From Rotaria sordida (lineage: Eukaryota), in NCBI GenBank assembly GCA_905251635.1, contig CAJNOT010001887.1, positions 20,938 to 31,040 on the forward strand: a stretch of 10,103 nt of DNA. Direction: 5' to 3'. Shown here piece after piece: positions 1 through 9,933 of this stretch. Numbering within the stretch: position 1 is the stretch's first letter; each line of letters opens with the position of its first letter. The notes beneath the pieces are model-generated. The model did no database searches, was not told the DNA's origin, and saw only the letters and a program-made list of their open reading frames with translations. A program made the position numbers and the translations under genes.

Positions 1-145
1 TTAAACAATGTCATTAGTCGCCAAAAACGCGTTAAAACAGTTACAATTTCAATGACTCCAAGCGTTTAAACATGTAAAACGTGTTAAAAGATAATTTTTC
101 ATAAACCGTTTTAACGCGTTTTTGGCGACTAATGACACTGTTTAA
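1..145. repeat. Inverted repeat / foldback or MITE-like element (arms 1-40 and 106-145, 65-nt spacer)
   Basis: Left arm TTAAACAATGTCATTAGTCGCCAAAAACGCGTTAAAACAG. Reverse complement of right arm TTAAACAGTGTCATTAGTCGCCAAAAACGCGTTAAAACGG. 38/40 identical. The spacer has a related motif AAAACGTGTTAAAA. The left arm starts at the window edge, so the element may extend further. Confidence 0.8.
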
Positions 146-778
146 ACAGTTGAGATGTTGAGACGTTTAAACGCCGTTTTTGCCGTTTTGTTGTCTGCCT
201 GGGTAAAGGATAAATAATTAGAAACTGTAAAAAAAACAATTCACAAAGAGTTACCAATATAACAATTGATATGGCAATTGTTGTTGAGTCCTTTCTAATG
301 GACTTGGATGAATCTTGGGATAAGATTATGTGATACGTTATTGTTGTCGTCATCGTAGTTGTGTCTGTCATTGTAGTAGTTACCATTGTTGAAGTTGAGG
401 TTACCGTTGAAGTTGAATCTATAGTTATTCGAACAGAAAAAAACATCAAGGGCACACCTTACTGAATTGCAATATGAAAGTCGATAGAATTTTTTTTCTT
501 TGTACTAAGCTCGAGATTATTATTGTTTTGTTGGATGTATCTTCGGACCGAATTTTGCAATAACTGTCGCTTAATCCTCGAGAATGACAAGAATGGATTA
601 GTTCAAATATTATTCTCATAAGATCTAATGATAGAGATAATCACAAATTGAGTATCATAAATTTCTAATCTATTTAGATCGACACTTATTTTAGAATATC
701 TTTCGCAAAAGCAGTAAACTATAAATAAGGAAATATTTTTGGCTCACCAAATTTATCAAGTATTTCAAATTTTTGTAC

Positions 779-1399
779 TCAATTATTGTTTCCTTCACTA
801 ACAAAAATGGATCCAATGCTGTTGAATGCCAATGCATTCGGCAAAAATCCATTAACTCCAGGTCGAAATCTACCAAAACAAGACACAATACATTCACCGG
901 TGCTTGAATTCAGTGCCCATCGAAGAATTTCACTTCTGTCACTCACATACAAATTCTCATTACTATCAACAAATATAAAGAGGGCCCCGCCGATTACTGA
1001 CTGATTATTAGATAAGTCTGGTTGATTTTTGGTATCTGCGATGGTAATCGGGTTTGTTCCATTTCTAAATAATCTTACCACACGATAGTTATTAGTGTCT
1101 AAGACGTAGACATATTTTTCGGTGACAAAAACGTCACTAGGAGAATCAAATAGTGAAGTTGAGTCAGATCCATTCTGTATAATATCTATAGCGGTAGTTG
1201 AATTAGGTCCGATAATAACAATTCGATTATTCCCCCAATCGGCGATGTAGAGATTATCATCATTTGCAATGCTTATTCCTCTGTTATCAAGGAGAGTAGA
1301 TAGAGATGATCCACTTGTGCCATTTCTTAATTCGGCAACTATCGTACCATCTTGAGACCAACTTGTCGAAGATGATAGATTTTGTGGAATTAAACACAT
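779..1399 (-). CDS. NHL-repeat / beta-propeller-type protein fragment, probably truncated or pseudogenised
   Basis: Contains NHL-like motifs: 'NRGISIANDDNLYIADWGNNRIVII', 'PSDVFVTEKYVYVLDTNNYRVVRLF', 'GALFIFVDSNENLYVSDRSEILRW', 'PNALAFNSIGSIFVSEGNNN*'. The reading frame after the TGA continues the motif as VQKFEILDKFGEPKIFPYL. No clear upstream exon was found. Confidence 0.72.
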   Translation of the reverse strand: MCLIPQNLSSSTSWSQDGTIVAELRNGTSGSSLSTLLDNRGISIANDDNLYIADWGNNRIVIIGPNSTTAIDIIQNGSDSTSLFDSPSDVFVTEKYVYVLDTNNYRVVRLFRNGTNPITIADTKNQPDLSNNQSVIGGALFIFVDSNENLYVSDRSEILRWALNSSTGECIVSCFGRFRPGVNGFLPNALAFNSIGSIFVSEGNNN

Positions 1400-1916
1400 A
1401 TGTATGTGTTGATATTAATTCTTTTTCTTTCATGGTAAACAAACATTTTCACAAGTTCTTTTGAACGGAATTCTCTACATTTGTGGCATGTAATGATCTC
1501 TGAAATTACTTTCTTTTTTAATTTCTGCTAGACAACTATGAATTCTTATTCCATTTCGATGAAGATAGATGTTTTATAGAACGCGAATTCTTAGCTTCTT
1601 CTTCGTGAGGTTTCTTCGATAACATTAGACTTATTCGTATAATAGTTCTTAGACAAATGAGATAGTTTAGAACGTCAGGAATGGATACTAATTGCATGTC
1701 CATATTAATCTTTTCATTTTCCTTTTCTTCTTAGATAGCCAAATGATTACTTTGTTTTTTGTGTATACTCAGTAGATAAAATTTTGCTTAAAGACTATTT
1801 ACAGACTTTTATTCTTGATATGAACGAACGTTAAAGTCAGTAGATAATCATTCGCCCTTGTTTTTTTATCCGATAAATCGCAAAATAAATTTCTTCATAT
1901 TTCTAATAAGGTAAAA

Positions 1917-2049
1917 GGGTGGGGTGTGTGGGTGTGGGGTGTGGGTGGGTGTGGGGTGTGGGTGGGTGTGAGTGTGAGTGTGGGTATCGTTCCAAAACAG
2001 TTTCCACACACCCGCACACCCACACCCACACCCACCCACACCCACACCC
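1917..2049. repeat. Inverted telomere-like repeat: (TGTGGG)n on 1917-1984, about 20-nt spacer, (CCCACA)n on 2004-2049
   Basis: The G-rich arm has six exact TGTGGG units plus TGTGAG and TGGG variants. The spacer is TATCGTTCCAAAACAGTTT. The C-rich arm has four exact CCCACA units plus variants. From recalled literature, TGTGGG is the bdelloid rotifer telomeric repeat. Confidence 0.85.
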
Positions 2050-3206
2050 TATTATAATAAAATTCTACCAAATTATAGTAATACAATAGTTAGAAACAAA
2101 CTTAAAATAAAATTTTTGCTTATATTATTTTGTATCAGTTAAAAAGAACGGAATTAGAAGCATATTTTAGTTGAAAGATATAATTCAACAAGTTCCTTGA
2201 AGTAACGTTGCACGGTAAACGAATCGCGAAGGTTTTGCCATTGTCAACAAGAGAATTTTACTCAACTGATAACATAGCATATTTGTATTGAAGAAATATC
2301 GCATGACTTCACATGGATAAAGAAATCAAATAAACACAATTTATAGAACGAAAATATAAAAAGAACTGTAGTAAAGTAAAACTTCGATTCTTTCAAACTC
2401 ATATTACTATAAGGGCTCTTTTATGATGGTGTAAAAAAACAAACATCAAAATGCATTTTTGGCATTGCAAATCAAGGTCATAAGGAAATACGCTCAACAA
2501 TATTACATATACTTGTACATGAAATACTCCTACATCCATTGTCAACTCATGTTGCTCATCACCCACAAGCAGTATGTTTGCCGTCGAGTGTAGTTCTCAA
2601 AGATTGAGCATAATTCGAGGTTTTTCTTACGAAATTAAAACTTTTATTCATTACAGAGAAAATCAAACATAATTATTTTTTGAATTGTTAACTGAATTTT
2701 TTGATGCGCAGTGTACAATGAGTACATTCAACAAAATCAATCTTCGATGTTCATGACTACATTAAAACCGCCAATATTCAGTGCATAGTGCTAATGGTTT
2801 CTATGAAAATAATCACTGTGATGCATTCTTCACTTTTTGCTGTACTGATGTTTTTAGAAAACTGGCTAAAAATGATTCAGAAAATAAAAATAAAAACATA
2901 TATAATGCTCTTCAAATAGAATTCAAACTAAAAAACGCATAATAATTCCTTCATGTAGAAAATGTTCTTATCAAATTAATTTTTCGATAATCATTAATTA
3001 GATTTTACGTCATGTTATGAAATACACATTATTTCTTTCATCACAAAATATATCATGAAAAAGTCTTCTTATAATAACTAACATTCATTTGTCTTTTTCT
3101 ATTCTGTTCATTGCACGAATAGAAAAGAGAGAAAGACAATATGTTTATTATTTCACGTGTACTTGTTTCGATCAGTATTAACTTTCTCTTATTTATCATT
3201 TTCAAT

Positions 3207-5102
3207 ATGAAACAAACAAAAGGACAACGAAAAAATACATTTGATGATGATAATATGAATAAGAAAAGAAAATTATTTGATAAAAGTAAGATTTTATGTT
3301 TATATTTAATAAATCTTATATTTTATTTTAGTAACAACAATCACTCTCTTCGAAGATTTAGCAAATGAAATTCTTTATGAAATATTTGAATATCTTGATA
3401 TTTATCATGTTTATCAAGGATTTATTAATCTTAATAAACGATTTCAAAATTTACTTTTTCATTCAACATTTCCAATTAAAATAAATATTTCAACAATGTC
3501 AAAATCAAAATTTCACTATTATCATAGAAATATAATTCTTCCAAATCAACATCGAATTAATTCACTTCGTTTATCAAATCCATTTACAATGGATATTATT
3601 TTCTCACTACCACGTATTATTTCAAAATTTATTTGTCTTGAAATATTAATTCTTGATAATATCAAAGCTCAATATCTTAATAAAATTTTCAATCATTTAA
3701 TTCTCTTACCTAAATTACATTCATTAGTTCTAAGTCTAATTGAATATGTTCAATGTCCAAGTACACTTTTTTTTCATATATTTTGTTTATTAAAATTAAA
3801 ATATTGTAATTTAACATATCAAACAAAAGATGAACAACGATTATTACCCATTACTTTTGATAAATATCAATATAGTCCTATAGAACATTTTATAATAAAT
3901 AGTCGTATTCGATTCGATTCATTGCATATTTTATTAATTTGTCTTCCTCAACTTCGGCGTTTATCAATTAATTGTCTTGTTAAATGTGCTTATACAAATG
4001 TTGAATCGAATACAAATTTTTTAGAACATTTAAAATATGTTTCACTCAAACTTGATTATGTTGATTTTAATCAATTGGAAAAAGTTATAAAAAATTTCTT
4101 TCGTTATGTTGAAATTTTATGTCTTACAACAACATATGATGAATCATATTTAGATGCAAAACAATGGGAACAATTAATATTATTATCTATGCCAAATTTA
4201 CGTATATTTGATATGAATCATAATAGTTCTGCAAGAAAGAATCCATTAATATATCATAATTCAATCAATCAATTTACATCATCATTTTGGATTGAAAAAC
4301 AATGGTTTTTTACACATCAACATGATTATGAAGGAAGATTAGATTGTGGAATTTTTCATTCAACTAATCCATATCGGTAAAAATCGATTGACTAGTTTTT
4401 GCCTTATGCTTTTGTTTTTTTGTTTTTAGAAGAAAAGATTATATATTTTATTGGGAAATGGTTAATCAACATTGTCCACATGTTCAAGAAATGAATTTAA
4501 ATTCTGTTAAACATGTTCATATTTGTTGTAAACGAATAGCAAATAATTCTTTAAAATATTTTCCAAATGCTACTCAATTGACAATTAAATATTATTTTAA
4601 TGTATCTGCTGATACTCTTAATCGTATTATTCCTTTAAAACAAATTACAATATTAATAATTGATCTTTATACATTTTCTTTCGAACAACTTATTAATCTA
4701 TTATATTTTTTACCAAATATTCATACATTAAAATGTAATTTTATAAATTACAATGAAAATAATCTACTCAATGACATTTTTCAATATGTATCAAAAACAA
4801 ACAAAATAAAAAATTTATATATTAAATCATTATGTACATTAGATTTAATCAAATTGATTATTAATTTATTTCCAAAATTAGAATATCTTAAAACTGGTAT
4901 ATATAGAAAAGAATTTAAAGAAATTATACGATACATATTATCAAAAAATAATAATAATAACACCCGTCATTTATATTTGTTATGTATTACAGAAATACCT
5001 AAAATATGTCTAACAGAAATGGATGTTTTAATTGAAGTAGAACATTTACTTGATCAATATTTTATTAAATATATTAATCGTGATTTGTATTTATGGTGGT
5101 AG
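3207..5102 (+). CDS. F-box-like domain protein, about 598 aa, 3 exons: join(3207..3285,3332..4376,4430..5102)
   Basis: Intron 1 is GTAAG..TTTTAG (3286-3331, 46 bp) and intron 2 is GTAAAA..TTTTTAG (4377-4429, 53 bp). Both preserve phase, and the spliced length of 1797 nt is divisible by 3. The spliced N-terminus [69 protein letters not shown] matches the F-box pattern (LP.EIL..IF.YL......L..NKRF). It is followed by leucine-rich, LRR-like sequence. Exact start codon uncertain (3141 or 3207). Confidence 0.86.
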
Positions 5103-5187
5103 ATATTGACTTGTTTAGAATATGTCTTATTATTTATATATACAAATACAGATCTATCTAACATATTTTGTTTTCTTAAAGTAGAAA

Positions 5188-5199
5188 AATAAAAATAAA
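5188..5199 (+). promoter_or_regulatory. Candidate polyadenylation signals (two AATAAA copies) about 85 nt after the F-box stop codon
   Basis: AATAAAAATAAA read directly at 5188-5199. In AT-rich DNA this could be chance. Confidence 0.35.
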
Positions 5200-5518
5200 A
5201 TATGTCATCGATTGTCTTTTATTATTTGAAAACTTATTATTTATTGATAATGAAAAGACTCATTACAGGTTTATAACGTTCATCATAGAATTGTACTCCA
5301 TCGAAACCTCCAGTTAAATAGCATTTTTTGAATTTATTAGTTATTTTTGATGTAGGCTGTAACATTACCAAATTTTTTCTACCTCAAATGACAAATATTG
5401 CTCTTGAAGGAAGTAGAAATTTTTATTCCTGTGTCTTCCTCTACATGCTCGATATCTATGATTCTGTTCCAAAATTTATTATCAATAGTTCCTTAATAAG
5501 TTTGAATCAGACATTGGA

Positions 5519-5733
5519 TACTTAGTACAATACTTAGTACTTTTCGTACTTAGTACGTGGAAATCTTAAGTACCAGTACGTTTTTTGCAGTAAAAGTACA
5601 TGTACTTTTACTGCAAAAAACGTACTTTGTACTTGTACTTAAGTACAATTTACTTAAGTACAATGTACTAGTACACCGTACTACAGTACAATTGTACTTA
5701 GTACCGGTACTTAGTACATTTGTACTTAGTACC
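5519..5733. repeat. TAC-rich palindromic repeat block (ACTTAGTAC / ACTTAAGTACAAT units)
   Basis: Dense ACTTAGTAC, GTACTTAAGTACAAT and GTACCGGTAC motifs. Resembles the block at the right end of the window. Confidence 0.85.
5575..5626. repeat. Perfect 52-bp palindrome with no loop
   Basis: AGTACGTTTTTTGCAGTAAAAGTACATGTACTTTTACTGCAAAAAACGTACT equals its own reverse complement, centred between 5600 and 5601. Confidence 0.95.
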
Positions 5734-7231
5734 GATGCTCTCTGTCTACCCTTTTCGAGAACGTTACTTGGTGAGTTTCTCATTTTGATTACTTTTTCGT
5801 TTCATAAGATTATATGGATTTCTTCTCTATAAAAAGAAGAGATGTTATAGGAATGGTTTTTTCCATTGCTTCGTGAATCGTTCTTAGTCGCAGGAATTCG
5901 TATGAAAACTGAAGAAAAATTCAGTCGAAATGCTTGGATCATTTTTCCAGTTCTCATCATACTGGCTAGAACTGAAAAAAACTAGAGAAAAAAATATCTA
6001 AAGTCGGGCCCACAAAGACTTCTATATATAGTATTTTTACTTTTTAGAGTTATCTGCTTTACATTTTAGTGGTCTTAAACTAACCTCAACCTAAACAAAA
6101 AACTGTCAGTACAATCTCTTTAATGCTCAAACGTGCAGTACGCATGTCTTTTATTACTTCACCAGCTAATAAAAAGTAGTTAAATATATAAAATCTCCAA
6201 CAGTTGACAGTTCTTTTACAGTGATGATCGATTTTAGCAAACTCTGTCTTATTTATTTCTAAATGTCGAACACAACATGTGTTTTCTAATATTTTGCGGG
6301 TACCCTAGCTTTTATTTCCATTGTTGCTATTTGCTCTTCATTACCTGTAGTTTCTATTTTGTTTCTTTGAATTCAATATAATTATTATAAGCATTTAATG
6401 CGGTGAGCAAAGAAGCTCTTGTAAATATTCATTCCTTATTACTGATTGAACTTCGTTCTTTTATTGCATGTTAATCTATTTTAATTTTAATTATTTTATT
6501 TTTAATCAGTTCTTCAATTGAACCACAGCGCCCTCGTTCGGACACTGAGCACTGTGTGTAAATTACACCAATCACCGTATAGATTTAATCAATAAAAGAA
6601 ATGCCCACTTTCATTTTTATTTCTTTTTAATTGTATTTTCCTTTTCTTGTTTCAGATTGTATTAGGGCATGAATTTTATCTACAATCAGTAGAGGTTATT
6701 TATTATCATTTAAAATTTTATTGCAATTATTTTATATTTTTCTATTTTTGTTTATGTTATATCATTTTGTTCTCGTTTTATTGTACTTCATTTCATTCTG
6801 TTTATTTATTTTGTCATTTTTTAAAAATCTTATTTTATTTTACTATTTATGTTATTATTTATCTTTTGGTAATTTATTTTATCTTTATCCAAACCTTTTA
6901 CTTCTTTTATTTATTTAATTCATTTTGTTATATTTTATTGTAAATGTTGTTCATTTTATTTTTCATTAAATAGAAAGCTAAAATGAAATAGATTTAAATT
7001 TGTTTCTCTGTAAGATTCTTCTCTATAATATTTTACTGCAATCGTGAATCACCAACAGTAGAAGAGAGATCTATACGAAGATTTAAAACTTTTATTAGCT
7101 GGAAAAATATCACCGGTTGCAAAACATTACATTTTTAGAAGAAGAAATTAACAAGTTTGAATTTAACAGAAAACCAACAATAGAATCTGACAAGAATAGA
7201 TCATATACATGACAAGTACAATAGAAATAAT

Positions 7232-9621
7232 TTATAACAACTTTTGATTGACACGTAAAAAAACTAAATCTCGAAATAAATGTTCGTTCATGTTTGTTCT
7301 TCTTTGCGACAATATCAGTCCTGCATGTGAGAATGCACGTTCAATTGGTGCTGATGATGCTTGCACTGAAAATACACGTATAACCAACTTTTTAAGAATA
7401 TTCAATTGAGAATGAAACCAGTAATCGGAAAATTTTGTGCGTACTGGATCGTTTAAATAAGCATTTAATTCAACTGTTGGATCAAGCGTTGTTGATTCAT
7501 TCGAATCATTCATATTACTATCATCGTAATTAAATAATTTTCGACGTTTGGCTTTTGGTGTTGAAGTAAAGGATGTGGTTGCTAAAGACGAACTAATTTT
7601 ATTTAAATCATTTGTCAATTTTTTTGAATCTTTGGCCATTTCATCAATGATCAGTTGAATTATGTTTTGTTTTAGCCGATTTTCCATATGAATCGGCAGT
7701 TGTAAATCACGAATCCAGTAAAATTTGAAACAAGGATCCAAAACAGCAGCAATAAAATATAATGTATCACCATAAGGATTATTTTCGGCAACATCAACTA
7801 AATTTAACCGATTGATAATACCAGAAAATCGTGTGTTAATAGATTCTTGAAGCTGTTCGACGAGTTTTGAACAGAATGAAATATGTTCTTTAATATCACG
7901 AAGGTGACTAATTAAATGTACGATCGATGGAACAACTAAACTAACAGTAACAGCAGCTTCTGCTTGACATTTAATCGTAATTTCATAAAATGGTTCAAGA
8001 ATATTAATTATTTCTTCTAAAAGAGTTAAATCATTGCTAGAAAATTTAATCGGATTATCCATTATCGATGTAATTAATTCAAGTTCATTTTTGCCAATAG
8101 AATAGATGGATTTTATTAATAAATATTCACTGTTCCATCGAGTAAGATTCATTTTGTGAATATTTTTATTCAATTGCTCAAGTAAGTCGGCCATTTTCGA
8201 TGACTTATGCGAAAATTTAGCCAGTAATTGACACTTTCCAAGTACTTTAGGTATATAAGAAACATTTTTTAATCCGGAACGAATACATAATTGTAACGTA
8301 TGCACGAAGCATGATAAATGCACATCGTAAAAATGATCATAATCTATAATATTTTCATCAGAATGTTGAATATCAATAAAATGAAAATTATTGATGTCGA
8401 AATCCTCTAAAAATACAAAAGCATTTTTTAGGTAAATATTACGTATGAAAAATTCTAAATGAAAAGATGAATGTGAAAGTTAATAATTCTTAGAAAAAAG
8501 TATTGTTCAATGCATTATGGAAAGTTAAAGCGATAAATGTTTTCGTCTAGCTATAATTATCTGTTAGCAGCAATTTTAAGTAGAATCTCAATTGTCTTTT
8601 AGAAAATCGAATCGCGCCTATTTGAAAAAAATTCTTTCGAAAATTTCAATGGGTATTTTTCAACAATTTAATTTACAAGTTTCAAAATTTTGATAAATTA
8701 TCTACTATTACAAATTCAGTTTAATGTTATAACTGTGGACATATTCTGTCATCATTCCGTCTTAATTTATATCAATGTAAAGAACTTACCATAAGAATCA
8801 TTCAACGTTTCATTTGTTTTTGATAATAATTGAACTTCACCACTGTTATTATTAAATTCATCATCAACTGTTAATCCAAATTTATAGGCTTTGATCATCG
8901 ATGCAGCATTATCAGTAACTACTTTGTACACCTTCTCTTTAATTTGAAAACGATCAAGAATGGATTCAGTTGTCTGAAGAATATTTTCACCGGTATGAGG
9001 AGATTTTAATCGAACAAAATCAAGTAAATATGATTCTGGTTCCATTTTGAAATTAATAAAATGACATGTAACACCTAGAAAAGATCTACACTTTCTATCA
9101 GTCCATCCATCAACAGTCAATGTAACATGATCAACAGCATTTAATGTATCATAAATGATTGTATTTACTTTTTCTTTGAATTGAGCAATTGTATTATGTT
9201 TCACATGTTTAGCCGATACTGGAATCCATTTAACATTACATTCTTTTATGAAATCACGAAACGCATTATTTTCCACTAAATTTAGTGGAAAATTGCATTT
9301 GATGATTAAATGTTTAGTAATAGCTAAATTGATTCGAGTTTGTTTAAATTTGTTTGTTGATAATTCTATCGTTGGTCGACCACCACCTTCAATGATTTCT
9401 TCTTCTAATAAACCTTCATCTTGTTTGTTAAATGTTTGTTCATATTCAGGTAAATGTTTTCTTTTTAAATGTTTTATGAAATTACTAAAAATTCCAACTT
9501 TATCTTTGTAATCTTGATTACATAATTGACAGTGACCAGAAATTCGGTTATGTTCAATTAAAGAAAAGACGAAATATTTTTTCAGTTGTATCTTGGCCAC
9601 TGGTTGTTGATGAAGATTCAT
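7232..9621 (-). CDS. hAT-superfamily transposase with N-terminal BED-type zinc finger, about 668 aa: complement(join(7232..8406,8790..9621))
   Basis: BED-like finger CQLCNQDYKDKVGIFSNFIKHLKRKH. RNase H-like core 'VTLTVDGWTDRKCRSFLGVTCHFI' and 'YKVVTDNAASMIKAY'. C-terminal hAT dimerisation region 'VIRVFSVQASSAPIERAFSHAGLILSQRRTNMNEHLFRDLVFLRVN'. Proposed intron 8407-8789 (383 bp) has donor G|GTAAGT and acceptor TTTTTAG|AG. It splices in phase to ...NETLNDSY-E-DFDINNFHFIDIQ..., and the CDS of 2007 nt is divisible by 3. The track ORF start at 8323 is a GTG codon inside the exon, not a real start. Confidence 0.92.
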
Positions 9622-9933
9622 AATGAAAAATATTTAAAACGTTTCTTGTTCACTAAAAATAAACAACCGATGTTGTGACTTAGTTCAAAAGAATTAATGA
9701 TTTTATTATCCATTGTAACCAATCAGATTGTAGATATGTTTCTGATATCTCCTTTATCAATTTACCATTACTCTTTACAGGTTACAAAACTGATAATTAT
9801 ATTAATTTCGATACCAAAAGATATAAAATTCTAATAATACTCATGTAAAATTTCATCTTCTTTCTAATACAGATGTCGTTAGACTACGAAAGTGGTTTTT
9901 GTCGGTAGAAAAAAAAACGCAGCAAAGCGAGAC

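Noticed and set aside
691-897. Alternative minus-strand frame suggesting a frameshift at the NHL C-terminus
   Set aside because: The original frame past the TGA already gives the expected VQKFEILDKFG continuation, so a nonsense change is simpler than a frameshift.
786-1004. Plus-strand ORF opposite the NHL fragment
   Set aside because: It lies antisense to the better supported NHL-like frame and shows no domain of its own.
1895-2086. Minus-strand ORF MYYYNLVEFYYNRVWVWVGVGVGV...
   Set aside because: It is a translation of the TGTGGG/CCCACA telomere-like array (VWVWVGVG / TPTLTPTHTP), with no independent coding evidence.
5328-5525. Plus-strand ORF MNLLVIFDVGCNITKFFLPQ...
   Set aside because: It is short, has no recognisable domain, and its 3' end runs into the TAC-rich repeat. 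Treated as chance.
5508-5744. Complete small hAT MITE with CAG...CTG ends (CAGACATTGG...GATGCTCTCTG)
   Set aside because: The putative TIRs match only at CAGA, and the flanking 8-mers (GTTTGAAT vs TCTACCCT) are not a target duplication.
5550-5832. Overlapping plus and minus ORFs rich in VLSTKY / TKYVF motifs
   Set aside because: They translate the palindromic TAC-rich repeat in both directions. Open frames here follow from the repeat composition.
6647-6943. Plus-strand Phe/Leu/Tyr-rich ORFs, possibly a membrane protein
   Set aside because: The DNA is simple T-rich sequence that gives strings of F, L, I and Y in any frame. No recognisable domain.
9248-9511. Plus-strand ORF within the transposase region
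   Set aside because: It is antisense to the BED/hAT coding exon and has no recognisable motifs.
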